This document shows, one piece after another, positions 12,413 through 25,255 of a stretch of 64,000 nucleotides of DNA (the stretch's first letter is position 1; every line of letters begins with the position of its first letter). The notes below the pieces were generated by a model, which was not told the origin of the DNA, did no database searches, and saw nothing but the letters and a program-made list of their open reading frames with translations. The stretch spans positions 184,388,001 to 184,452,000 of the forward strand of contig NC_042998.1 in NCBI RefSeq assembly GCF_006345805.1, read 5' to 3'. The DNA is from Octopus sinensis (lineage: Eukaryota). The position numbers and the translations under genes were made by a program.

Positions 12413-12875
12413 ATGCTCGGTCTGGGAATCGAAACCACGAGTCCGCTGCCCTAACCACTGAGCCATTGTGCTTCCACTGTGTAATGGGACATAAGCAAAA
12501 TGAGAGGAAACTGATTGAGGAATACCGCATCAGTTAATGTTTTCCTGTTGTTTGTTGGGCATTGATAAAAGGGAGACAAAGGTTTTCTTTAAGGTAATAT
12601 TGATAATAGCAATGATGATGAGGGTCTCAAAGTTTGGCCCAGGGCCAGCAATCTTTGATGTGAGTGGGAAGTTGAATAAATAGACTCAGTATTTCCCAAT
12701 AGGGGATGAAAGACAAAGTCGACCTGGATGTGATTTGAACTTTCAGAGCAAAGACTGACGAAAAGACATGACAATATTGTTATAAATAATTGAGAACACA
12801 CAACATCTGCTTCCTAGTCTTAGATCTCATTTTCAAAAACACCTTAGTTCTTAGATCTTATTTTCAAAAACACAG

Positions 12876-13380
12876 CGTTGCGTTGCCAGAGCAGCCAACT
12901 GGCTTCCGTACCCGTGGCACGTAAAAGGGCACCATTCGAGCGTGATCGTTGACAGAGCGGCTATTCGAGTATGAACGTTACCAGCGTCGCCTTACTGGCA
13001 CTTATGCCTGTGCTAGTAGGGTGCCAAGAACACCATCCAAGTGTGATCGTTGCCAGAGCAGCCAACTGGCTTCCGTACCCATGGCACGTAAAAGGACACC
13101 ATTCGAGCGTGATCATTACCAAAAGCGCTTCACTGGCACGTGTAAAAACATTCAAGCGAGGTCATTGCCAGTACCGCCTGACTGGCCCCCGTGCCGGTGG
13201 CACATAAAAAGCACCCACTACACTCTCAGAGTAGTTGGCGCTAGGAAGGGCATCCAGCTGTAGAAACTCTGCCAGATCAAGATTGGAGGCTGGTGCAACC
13301 ATCTGGTTCACCAGCCCTCAGTCAAAATCGTCCAACCCATGCTAGCATGGAAAGCAGACGTTAAACGATGATAATGATGA
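12876..13380 (+). mobile_element. RTE 3' UTR copy (family C) with internal tandem subrepeats
   Basis: cgttgccagagcagccaactggcttccgtaccc repeated at ~12881 and ~13048; (GAT)n-like tail. Confidence 0.85.
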
Positions 13381-13728
13381 ATTCTGTTGAGATGCTGTTT
13401 CTTTCAATTAATTTTAAATATAACAAACAGCTTCATAAAATAACTTGGTGGTTATCATTAACCTGATGTTGTAACATGAATTGTGAATAAGGTTCGATGG
13501 AAAATTTAAATTCAAAACATATGAAAACAAGACATATGTACAGCAGAGTCAGCTGGGTTGGTATCAAAAGGGTTAACATTCCTTCAAATTCTGAGCAACA
13601 CTGGGTACTTAGGCTACAATATGTGTGTGTGTGTGTATGCATGTATTTGGGTACATGTATAAATGTCTGTGTATCTATGTTTTTTCCACCTGCCATCGCT
13701 TAACCATTGGTACTGGTGTGTTTATATC

Positions 13729-13828
13729 NNNNNNNNNNNNNNNNNNNNNNNNNNNNNNNNNNNNNNNNNNNNNNNNNNNNNNNNNNNNNNNNNNNNNNNN
13801 NNNNNNNNNNNNNNNNNNNNNNNNNNNN
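13729..13828. other. Assembly gap (100 N)
   Basis: Run of n characters. Confidence 1.
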
Positions 13829-13829
13829 A

Positions 13830-14262
13830 TGTTTTCGATATTGGAGATCACAATTTAGCAAAAAAAAAAAAAAAAAAATTTTTTTTAAATTTCGATCTCT
13901 TCCCTCACCAATTGATTTGCTTTGTTTACAGTTGGCAAGATGTACTGTCACACACAAAATGACATTTTTCCAAATCCTCTGTCCGAATTGGGTGAAAGTT
14001 ATTAAACTTTAAACCTCTATAACTTTTTGAAAACATTCAAGCTTAATTGCTGAAGTTGTTTCACTTTTTCCAGAAAAATGCTTTTAAAAAGTTATAGAGG
14101 TTTAAAGTTTGATCATTTTCACCCAATTAGAAAACAGGATTTGGAAGCTGTCGTTTTGTGCATGACAACGTGTCTTGTCAACTGTAAAATAAGCAAAAAA
14201 ATTGGGGATAATAGAAATTAAAAAATATAATTTTGCTGAATTGTAATCTCCGATATCAAAAT
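13830..14262. mobile_element. Foldback/MITE-like imperfect palindrome (~210-bp arms, ~35-bp spacer), left end lost in the gap
   Basis: aaactttaaacctctataacttttt / aaaaagttatagaggtttaaagttt; ttcgatattggagatcacaatt / aattgtaatctccgatatcaaa. Confidence 0.75.
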
Positions 14263-14355
14263 TACTGGTTCCGAGAATGATTTCCAAAATGTATCAGTCA
14301 TCATTTTTTCCCCAGAATGAATACATTTTTTACACTTAGAAGAGAATGATTTACC

Positions 14356-15015
<660 letters not shown>

Positions 15016-15234
15016 TTACCACAGATATCACATAAATATTGTTTCTCTCACCAAAAAAACAAAACACTTCATGGAATGCTGTAATATGCTCTCCTCTCTC
15101 GCTCAGACATTCTTACACACGGATACACACGTGTAATGAACTGTTACCAAAATATCTTCATCTTATCAAATCCATCAATCGATATCAACTTTCCATTCCT
15201 TATCATCTTAAGGATGTTTTGTTTCTTCTCTCTT

Positions 15235-15239
<5 letters not shown>

Positions 15240-15277
<38 letters not shown>

Positions 15278-15503
15278 CACACACACACTTACATATATAC
15301 ACACACATACATATACACAGACACACATATGCGCACATATACACACGCACACATATATATACTCACATACACACATATATATATACTCACATACACACAC
15401 ATGTATATACACACATATATACACACATATATACACATATACACACACACACACATATATACATATACATATATATACATATATATATATATATACATAT
15501 AAG

Positions 15504-15594
<91 letters not shown>
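15240..15594. repeat. Compound (TA)n/(CA)n microsatellite
   Basis: Direct inspection. Confidence 0.95.
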
Positions 15595-15596
<2 letters not shown>

Positions 15597-15671
15597 GAAT
15601 GATGTACCTACTATGGATGCTGTCCAAAAACTAAAAACTAGTAAAAGAATATATCACACATAAAAACATAA

Positions 15672-15991
15672 AATCTCTCGTGGAGGCGCCATCCAACCAA
15701 AATGCAAATATATGGGAAACTACCACTTGTGTCATCTCTTGTGAAAGGTAGGAGAGTCCAGTTTGCTGGACATTGTTGTAGAGCTGAAAAAGTGGTAATT
15801 TCTACTCTTCTCCTCTGGAAGCAATCTACTCGCAATACCAGAGGGCGCACACTCTCCTACCCTGATGTAATCTCCAGGGATACAGGCATCCAGCAACAGG
15901 ACCTCCGTAATGCCATGATGGACCGTGAAGTCTGGCGTAGCATGGTAAATTCCATTGTCTCGACCACGGTCGAACAATGATGATGATGATG
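15672..15991 (+). mobile_element. 3' end of a second RTE/RTEX-like LINE family with (GAT)n tail
   Basis: ORF 15702..15980 (RRVQFAGHCCR...LLLW...GRTLSYPDVISRDTG...AMMDREVWR); stop codon runs into tgatgatgatg. Confidence 0.8.
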
Positions 15992-17009
15992 TGTATATAC
16001 ACACACACATGATTAAAAACTAAAGAATATGAAAACTAAAAGAATATATCACATGCACCGGGTCCAGTCTTCGCTAGTAGTACCGGGTTAGGGTATGTGG
16101 CGATGCTTTGGTATATGTACACACGTGAATTTGTTTACATTTCTGAAGATAACAGAAACCCTTTTCTGCACCCCCTAACCCCCCCCCATATATAAAAAAA
16201 AACAAACACTTTTTTGAAATGTATCCGGTACTTCCGGAAGTACACCGGTACTTATAACCGTAACATCGCCAAAAATATTTATTTTGTGTTTTATTTACTT
16301 TGCTAGGTAGTCATAGGATCTACTAGTCACGACTAGCTAGCGCGAGTGCGCACACCGGGACCACTTTTCTTAAGTGATACCCTTTATATTGACCAAAACA
16401 AAATCTCGAAAAGAGTTGAAATTTTAGGATTGAAATGGGGTGAGGATTAAAAAGATGAAAAAAAAAATTCCTGTGTGTAGAACACAAATTTGTAAGAATT
16501 TTATGAAAATTCCCAAAAATAAAAAATTGAGGTGTTACGGTGGGGGAGGGGGGCTTAAATCAGAGGTCAGCCCTTTTGTCTTGTTTCAGTCATTGGGCTG
16601 AGACCCTAGGTATAGCTGTGTCACATAGAGCAGGCATGACTGTATGGGAAAGACGATTACTTCCCAGCTTCAGTCCCAGTGTGTGGTGCCTTGAGTCAAG
16701 CAAAGCTTTGTCAGTGGACATGGGAGATGGAAACTGGAAGAAGCCCATTACATATGTATATGTCCTTCACCATGACTTGACAACCAGTGCTTGTTTATTT
16801 ACATCCCCATAACTTAGTGCTTTATCTGAAGAGGCTGATAGGATAAGTACTGGAATTACATTGCACAAAACTCGTTTGTTGATCCATATGGAACTGATTC
16901 TATGGAGACAATCTCACACAGACTCTAATTTCGATTCTTGTCACTTCAGAATTCCTTAAAAGTATTTCAGATCATATAGAACTGTCTCAGAAAAGAAATT
17001 ATCTCACAT

Positions 17010-17398
17010 GTATGGAAGAGGATAGCTCTGTAAAGAAGTGCTGATCTCTAACTGTGAAAGGAACCTGTGGAAAGAATAAACCCAAGAAGATGTGGGATGA
17101 GGTGGTGAAATATGATCTTTGGATGTTGAGTCCCACAAAGATGACAAGTAACAGACCTTTTGGCGATTTGCTGTGCTTGAGAAGACACATAAAGCTAAGT
17201 GAAATAATTGTCATGGCTAGTGTTGGTGACATGTAAAAGCCACCCAGTACACACTGTGAGGTAGTTGGTGTTAGGATGGGCATCCGGCCATGGAAACCAA
17301 GCCATAACAGACCGAAGCCTGCTGCTGCTTACCAGCTCTGATCAGATTGCTTAACCCATGCCAGCATGGAAAACAGATACTAAGTGATAATGATGATA
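17010..17398 (+). mobile_element. RTE LINE 3' end (ORF C-terminus plus UTR), old copy
   Basis: KPKKMWDEVVKYDL matches RPRKTWDEVVKHDL of the 9.6-12.4 kb copy. Confidence 0.8.
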
Positions 17399-17498
17399 AA
17401 TTGTAATTTATATTAGTGGTTGTGTTAATGATGGATTTTACTCCTCAGTCACACTGACAGTACAATAGCTGAGACCTTTGCTGCATCAACAAATGTTT

Positions 17499-17770
17499 TC
17501 ATCATCATTGTTTAACGTCCGCTTTCCATGCTAGCATGGGTTGGACGATTTTGACTGAGGGCTGGTGAACCAGATGGCTGCACCAGGCTCCAATCTTGAT
17601 CTGTCAGAGTTTCTACAGCTGGATGCCTTTCCTAACGCCAATCACTCCGAGAGAGTAGTGGGTGCTTTTTACGTGCCACCGGCACAGGGGCCAGTCAGGC
17701 GGTACTAGCAATGACTTTGCTCAAATCTTTTTACACATGCCACTGGCACTGGTGCCAGTAAGGCGACGCT
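17499..17770 (-). mobile_element. RTE 3' UTR copy (family C)
   Basis: catcatcattgtttaacgtccgctttccatgctagcatggg start. Confidence 0.9.
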
Positions 17771-18104
17771 CTACATCTATATTCCTTGAGTGGTCTCCTA
17801 ATTCCATGAACACCTGACCTCTTGCCTGTTCAGAAGATAACTTCCTCTCATCTGTTTCAGCGGTCTTGAACAGACATAGGCCCTGTTCACCCTCAGTGGG
17901 ATTCTGATTTAAGCACACCATATAACTTTTCTTAAATGCTTTATCTTTTGGGTTTTTCAGAAAATGTTTGTGAATTTGTGTCCTACATATGGTAATTCAC
18001 ATGATTATGCAAAGAAATAGCTTTCTCTCCATAAACACATTGAATGGAATACTGTGTCCAAGGTCAGTCCATTGCTGGGATTTAAGCAAAAAAAAAAAAA
18101 CTTA

Positions 18105-18276
18105 GTGGAATTCTGGTTTAATCACCCCCTGCAACCCCCAATAACTTTTCCATATTTTGCAATTTTTAGAAAATTTGTTTATGAACTCCTGTGTGTAGAA
18201 CACAATTTCACAAAAAGTTTCTGAAAATTCCAAAAAATAAAACAAGTTCTATGGGGTGATTAAATCAGAATTCCAC
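18105..18276. mobile_element. Small MITE with 24-bp TIR
   Basis: gtggaattctggtttaatcacccc / ggggtgattaaatcagaattccac; related sequence at ~16440-16565. Confidence 0.7.
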
Positions 18277-19047
18277 CAGCTTTGCTGGGATACCACCATG
18301 CAGGGGTTTTAGTTGAATGAATTGACTCCAGTACTTTTTTAAAGCCTGGTGCTTATTCTGTTGGTCTCTTACCTAATGGGGACGTAAACAAACCAACACC
18401 AGTTATCAAGCAGTACTGGGGTACAAACACATGCAATGACACAAAACGCATACATATATATTTAATATATTTATATACACAATTTTCTTCTTTCAGTTTC
18501 TTTATACCAAATCCACTCACAGGGCTTTGGCTGGCTCAGGGCTATAGTAGAAAACACTTGCCCAAGATGCCACGTAGTAGAACCGAACCTGGAATCATGT
18601 GGTTGGGAAGCAAGCTTTTTACCACAATTGTGCCTGTCATGAACAGAATTTTTAAAGTTGCTTGTGGTTCCTTGAACTGCTAAAAATATAAAAATCTTAC
18701 ATGAGTGGGTATCATCATCATTTAATGTCTGTTTTCCATGCTGGCATAGGTTGGATGGTTTGACAGGAGCTGTCCAGACTCCAGTTATCTGTTGTTGCAT
18801 GGTTACTGTTAATTTCAGTTGTTTGAAATGTAGAGAAGGATATTTTTAATTTGAAGAAATGAAGTATTGAACCGACTCTCTTGCTTTCTCTTCTCTCTAT
18901 CATAGCAACGGTTTGTCCCAACACATTTTCTAAAATGATATATTTCTATTTGTTTTTCTCTGTTTTCTAATTGAAAATTTCTTTTGGGTAATGGGTGGAA
19001 ATTTTGTCAAGGAATATTGATACACTAACCTGAAACATAATGGATTG

Positions 19048-19316
19048 TTAGTTGCTGAAGCATGGAACAAACTGCCGGCATCGGTTGTTAGTTGTCGGAG
19101 CACTGCATCCTTCAAAACTTCCATGCTTCCTGAGATTCGCCAACACTACACTTGATTTTCTCCCCTCCATACACACACAAGCATGTATCTGACTCATACA
19201 CTGTTCACTTTCCAGACATTTCTACATTACTGCATGTACTTTATATGCACTTTCTGACAAGTTGTGGTGCACCTGAGCACTGTATACAATAATTTCATTA
19301 TTATTATTATTATTAT
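19048..19316 (+). mobile_element. CR1/L2-type LINE 3' end with (ATT)n tail
   Basis: Encodes AWNKLPASVVSCRSTASFK (cf. WNxLPxxVV...FK), followed by UTR and attattattatt. Confidence 0.75.
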
Positions 19317-19759
19317 ATCTTGGCGTCTTGAAGTGACAGATAGCTGGAAAATTCAATTTGATAGGAATTATATTGATTTCTATTTTTGCGTGTACATTTT
19401 CTAATTAAGTGAATATTTCTTCCTTTGGTGGCGAGTCATTTTTTTTCTGTCCATGAGTCAAAACATCTTAATGGGAAAAAAAAACAGAACTGCCATGAGT
19501 TGTTCAGTTTGTCATAAACACAAACATACTTTAATTTGGGGGTGAAAAAATTAATAAATATTGGTTTGATATTTTTAGCAGCTTAATAAATTTGTTTTAT
19601 TTTTTTGTCATGTACAAAAAAAGATTTTAGAGAATGGTAATATGAGAGGAAAAAGAAAACAAAAACAAGCCATATACAGAGATGCTCTCAATTAAGTGAG
19701 AGTTAGCTACAATTTTTGTGTTCATATGAGTTCACCAGGGCTTGGTTCTCAATTCCCTA

Positions 19760-20800
19760 CTACTCATTATAGTACTCAAGGTCATAACAGAGGAATTTAA
19801 GAATGACTAAATGCTGATGATCTCAGTTAAATATGTAGTAGAGCAAGAAAAGAAATTCCAGTTGTGGAAGCAAAATAAATTGCTTCAGATGCCCAGGAGG
19901 TTCCCTAGATGTAGGAAGTTGTTAACCTCTGGGGGTAAGAAAAGCTGCCTTTAGAGTGAAAGGTAGATTGTATGATATTTGTATATGAACAGTAATGCTA
20001 TGTAGTAGTAAGTTGTGAATGCAGAGGACATGCAAAGACTAGTAAGGAACGAAGCTAGTATGCTTCGAAGCTCTGAATGGTGTGCACCATCAGTGTGCAT
20101 GTGCAAAAGAAATTGCAAATGTGTGGAGAGAAAAATTGGGCACAAAGGGAGGGAATCAGATGTAATGTGTAAGTATGATCATATAATACATGTAGATCAT
20201 GGCAGTTGTACAAAGAAGTGTCAACCACTTAGATGTGGGAGATCCAGGAAGGTTTAGGACAAAGTAGTGAAGGCAAATCTCAAAATGTTAGTCTCATGGT
20301 TGAGATAACAAAAGACATGAGATGCTTAGTGTTTTGCTGTGTTCAGCAAAACCTGACTTTCATAGCAAAAATAAGGTCCTAAAAGTATTTGGTTTATATC
20401 TCTGCACTCACAAAGCCCTGCTCCTATTCCCATCAGTCCCCTTCAGACTTTCCTCACTCTCTTCTTCCTAACATCCATCCCTCCATTATTCCTCTAACAA
20501 TAACACTATTCAGATACTGTAATCATATGACATCAGAACCTGCACATATTTCTTCTCCCTTTGTACTACTAGTGTGCTGTCTCCCTGGAAACACTTTTAA
20601 AATCCATCCCTTGTTCACAGTATCATCCTTCCCAGTTTTCTGCTGCCCCCACTTCTATGCTTTCATGTATCTCTCCCTCTCCTGAACTGTTTCTCAGGAC
20701 TGTCATACCACATCTCCAATACCTTCTCATGTTTGCCGTCAATGCTTGTCCATCTTTGTCTCCCTCACATTTTAGCCATAACTTAGTAATGTACATTTCC
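19760..20800. mobile_element. Old RTE fragments (plus strand ~19760-20350; probable minus strand ~20400-20800)
   Basis: agagtgaaaggtagattgtatgat and gcagaggacatgcaaagact match 11517-11610; the minus-strand piece is weaker. Confidence 0.6.
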
Positions 20801-21665
20801 TTCTCCTTATTTTCTGATTTCATACATGTGTGAAAAAGGAAATGATAAAATGATGATGATTCTCACTTTTGCCAACTTATCCATTGTTTCATTTTTGTTT
20901 CAAGTGATCTAACACAGCAGCAATTTTACTTTCACTCCCTGTTCAATATAATTTGTTTTCTCTGCAAAGAATCAATACAATTATTTTCAGGCTTTCCTCT
21001 CGGCTAATTTGAAGAGCTTTCAAAGTCTCTCCCAAGAAATCTTCAAAGATAATTTTTTCTCTTTCTGGTGCTGAGTTCATTTCATGTTGCATGTTATCAT
21101 TATGTGTCCATAATCTGTCTCTGATCTTATAATTTAAATAACCGAAGCCATAATCTACCAATTTCAGTTTTATTTCGGCCACAAAATCAGCAATACTCAT
21201 TTCATTTATTTTTTAACATCTGCAAGATTTATATGTGAACATCACAGCATTTCTATTGCCTTCAATTTTCCATTACTTAAGAAACAAAAAAAAAACATGC
21301 TTTTTGGACAAATCTTTTATCTCACCAATGCATTATCTGATCATGATGTTAAAAGCACTAGCAGGTGGCTACACATAGGGATAGCTGCAAAAGATCAAGA
21401 CAGATGGAGAACTCAAGTCGGTACCTTAAGCTCTTAATGGAGGCAAAGGTATTAAAAATTTTCTTGACCGTGTGTATACTCGGAACGGAAGAAATGCAAA
21501 AACAAATTGTACGATAACTGCCAGAAAAGACTAATATAATAATGAAAACGAAGGAATGTGCTTCAGTAATCAGGTGACAGTATTTCAAGTGAAAAGTTGC
21601 TACATACATACGTGAATAGTGAGAACAATGACTCAAAATGCAAATATTCTTCTAGAGCACATTTA

Positions 21666-23093
21666 AATAATAATAAGAGCACCCAGAGAGCGCAAACCTC
21701 CGCCAAGGCAACACCAACGTCCTCGATTTTTTATTGCCCACAAGGGGCTAAATATAGAGGTTACACATTACAAAACAGTACAAAACACATTACAAGACAG
21801 TACAAAACATATAATCAGGGAAATAAAAGATACAAAAAGAAATCAACCAAGGAAGAAAAAAATAAAAAGAAACGAATGAAATTAAGAGAATGATAAAATG
21901 AGGTGCAATGCCTACTCATCCCTGAAGTCAAGTGGTTGCATTTAGACATTATTTTGGGCAGTTTTTCCCTTTTTTGTAAAAACAAAAAGTTCACATCTTC
22001 ATGATTTTTAAAAATATTTTTCATATCATATTTTACATATTAAAAAAAAATTAACTCTTTATGTCCAATTACGAGTGGTAGGTCATCAAACCACACCAAC
22101 CCGTCAACTGAAATCAAGAACTCCACAAATGAAACCATGAACGCGTCTCTCAAACCCTTCCCCCTCCACCCGAAAACCCTCCTCTCCACATCCACACTCC
22201 CCCGGCAGTAGACTATGGATGCCTCATCCTCACATCTGCGCTGCACCAACCGGACCCGCCTGCGCATGCCTTAAAATAGGTGGCTCCCCACTCCCCAGGG
22301 ATCTGCCTCCGTCGCCCCCTTCCCGGCCCACGAAAGCCCCCCCCCCAACACGGGTCCCAAGCACTCCCCTATACTATCCCCATCAGGATCCCCATCCCAC
22401 CGGCGGCAACCTCCCGCGCGCAGCACACCACCGCCGACCGTCTCTCACGGAGGGACCAGCTCCACTGCGTCTCCCTCTCCTTGCACAAACTGCCCGCCTC
22501 TCATCATCTCCATATGCATCCCTAACCGCCTCGCCCCCAACGGCGCAGCGGCCCCCGCATAGCTTTCCACAACGAAAAGCCAACCCCCAACCCCACAATG
22601 AGGAGAAAAACAGCAAAAAATAATTACGCACGAGTCGCTTCAACAATGACACAAAACAATTTCAACAACGGACAGTCCCAAAAAGAAAGTCCTCAACAAA
22701 CCAACCGCGGTCAAAAATGACGAAACTCAAACAAACAAGTTGCTACTCTGTAACACCAACGTCCTCTCAACGATTAGCCAGAGATGATTTTTAAAATGAA
22801 AATATCTGAAATAAACTCGACTGCTCTCACAAGCGAGAATACTAAAAATGAACCCGATCGCTCTCAAAAATTAAGTAAAAAACAAAACAAAAAAACACAG
22901 GAAAAATAATCCAGAATTGTCCGGTACCGGATCGATCCCCAAATTTAATAAGTGCGTGCCAGTCACGACGCCAAACCTCCCTGGAAGTTTCATCAAATCC
23001 ATCTTGCGGTTCTTGAGATATCGTGTCCACGGACAAACAAACACGACTGAAAAACAATACCTCCGCCTTAGCGAAATAAAGCGGAGGTAATAA
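21666..23093. mobile_element. Helitron/HINE-like non-autonomous element split by a 1.03-kb LINE insertion
   Basis: Subterminal acctccgcc at ~21696; terminal hairpin acctccgcctt-agcgaaata-aagcggaggt at ~23059-23088; the two halves rejoin across the TSD. Confidence 0.55.
21725..22751 (-). mobile_element. 5'-truncated non-LTR retrotransposon (L1/Tx1-like, tentative) with 15-bp TSD; 3' tail shared with SINE family A
   Basis: TSD aacaccaacgtcctc at 21710-21724 and 22752-22766; GC-rich degenerate ORF; minus-strand 3' end ...tttagccccttgtgggcaataaaaaatc. Confidence 0.7.
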
Positions 23094-23502
23094 TCATACA
23101 TGCATACTCATTCACTCTCATAATCAATTTTTTTTTTATTAGTTTAGTTTGACAGTAAAGATTGTGGTTGACATTAGTGTTAAGTATTTAAAATAACTAT
23201 CTTTATGACTAAAACTGACCAAGTGCCAAATAAATATTTCACTTAAATACATGCCAAGTTCATAGATTATTTTAGATATAGATTAAAGTAAAAATGGAAG
23301 ATCAAAACGTTTGGCATCACTTGAATAAGTCATTTAATTTTCCATTTAGTTTTAGTGGTAATCCTATCAACACAATTTACCGCCAACAAAAACTCCTTAT
23401 ATATTCTAGATTATATTAGGTTATCTCCCTTGGACCAATTGATCTCCCGGAAAATTTTGAAGCTGTCGTTATTTAGTTTCAGATATTTAATACTCTTTTA
23501 CT

Positions 23503-23820
23503 CTTTTACTCATTTCAGTCATTTGACTGCGGCCATGCTGGAGCACCGCCTTTAGTCGAGCAAATCGACCCCGGGACTTATTTTTGTAAGCCCAGTACTT
23601 ATTCTATCGGTCTCTTTTTGCCGAACCGCTAAGTGACGGGGATGTAAACACACCAGCATCGGTTGTCAAGCAATGCTAGGGAGACAAACAAACACAAACA
23701 CACACACATATACATATATATATATACATATACACGACAGGCTTCTTTCAGTTTCCGTCTACCAAATCCACTCACAAGGCATTGGTTGGGCTGGGGCTAT
23801 AGCAGAAGACACTTGCCTAA
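23503..23820 (-). mobile_element. SINE family B (5'-truncated), abutting (AAT)n at 23822-23867
   Basis: Same consensus as 38828. Confidence 0.9.
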
Positions 23821-23821
23821 G

Positions 23822-23869
<48 letters not shown>

Positions 23870-24482
23870 GAAACAAAACTTTTGACTAATAACAGTTATC
23901 TTATTGGATTATGGTTTTTGTGCTGAATATGTAACTTTAGAAATCAAAATGGGTAACGGTTTAGTTGTGCAAATTGCTCCCAATACTTACATTTTTCTTG
24001 AAAAAAAATCTAGTACTTGTTATATTGGTTACTTTTGTCCAATCGGTGAGTTATGAGGACGTAAACAAACCAATACTGATTGTCTAGCTGTGATGGTACA
24101 CAAACACAATGACATACACACACAAATATGTATACGACGGGCTTACATATAATTTCCGTCTACCAAATTCATTGACAAAGCATTAATAGGCCTGTGCAAC
24201 TGAACCCATAACTACGGTCTTGCAATGCAAACTTCTTAAACGTACACCCATGTATAAACAGATTTTTGTTTTCGGGGTAGTTTTACAGATATGTGACGTT
24301 ATGTTATTCAACACCAGGTCAACTGTAATTTATCAGATCTAGAGTAGATAGATGTCTGGATATCCACAGCAACATTCTGCAATGTTATATTTTAAAGGTA
24401 GTAAGGCGTGATTTAAGAGAAATTTGGCTGTTATTTCTAGCAGGTCAGGTGGCCAGACAACGTCTCTGTTTAGTAACTGGCC

Positions 24483-25255
24483 GGATCTTTTCCTTTTGAA
24501 CGGCAGTTTGTAACATAATTTCTAGGTAACTAAAAAGTTTTAAACTTCGTATACTGGTAGAATGTGTTTATAAAACATAATTTTCTCTTGGTTTTATTGA
24601 GAAAATTCTATAGTTTGTAAGATATTTCGTCTGAAAATCCGAGCATTTCGGCAATTTTAACCAATCGATTACTTCCATTGAACTAAAATGATTTGCTGCG
24701 TCTAAAACTGAGACAACATCCTGTCACTAACCCTCAACCTAACCCTAGCCCTAATTTTTTAAAAAATTGTTACGCGTGTAAAGAAAAAAAAAAAAACGAA
24801 AGCAATGGAAAATAATTTAAACAATTAACAAACAAAATAATTCTATAATTTTATACACACGCTTTCCGTACGTATACGGAAAGCGTGTGTATAAAATTAT
24901 AGAATTATTTTGTTTTTTAATTGTTTAAATTATTTTCAATTGCTTTCGTTTTTTTTACACGCGTAACAATTAAATTAATTTAACAATTAAGAAAAAAAAA
25001 TAGGGTTAGGGTTAGGTTGAGGGTTAGTGACAGGATGTTGTCTCAGTTTTAGACGCAGCAAATGATTTTAGCTCAAAAGAGAGCATAGGATTGGTTAAAA
25101 TTCGAAAAATTAATCTATGTTAAACAAACAAATTACAATTTTCTCAAGAAAGCCAAGAGAAAAAAATGTTTTATTTTGACACATTCTACCAGTATACGAA
25201 GTTTTAAAGTGTTTAGTTAACTAGAAATTGTCTGCCGTTCGAAAGGAAAAGATCC
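24483..25255. mobile_element. 773-bp palindromic (foldback) relative of MITE family D with 8-bp TSD
   Basis: TIR ggatcttttccttttgaacggcag / ctgccgttcgaaaggaaaagatcc; TSD aactggcc; central stem closing on a 4-nt loop cgta at 24871-24874. Confidence 0.9.

Larger units (their letters stand above)
16850..21290 (-). mobile_element. Highly decayed Ty3/Gypsy-like gag-pol remnant, fragmented by younger insertions
   Basis: 20943..21200 EMSIADFVAEIKLKLVDYGFGYLNYKIRDRL...ETLKALQISREE resembles the gypsy Gag motif ESIxDFVAxL...CxFG...IRDRL...LTLxKA. Collinear pol-like pieces with stops lie at ~19340-19470, ~18770-19030 (KLKISFSTFQTTEI) and ~17460-17920 (TFVDAAKVSAIVL, RNase H-like). Confidence 0.55.

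Noticed and set aside
15039-15663. Long ORFs rich in YI/HT/CV (also 5541, 46052, 47128, 51066-51480, 52714-52999, 58841, 62743)
   Set aside because: Translations of stop-free microsatellites.
16061-16362. Another GG...CC Merlin-like element
   Set aside because: Terminal match is only about 5 bp and no TSD was found; only the internal core shared with 6781-6901 is supported.
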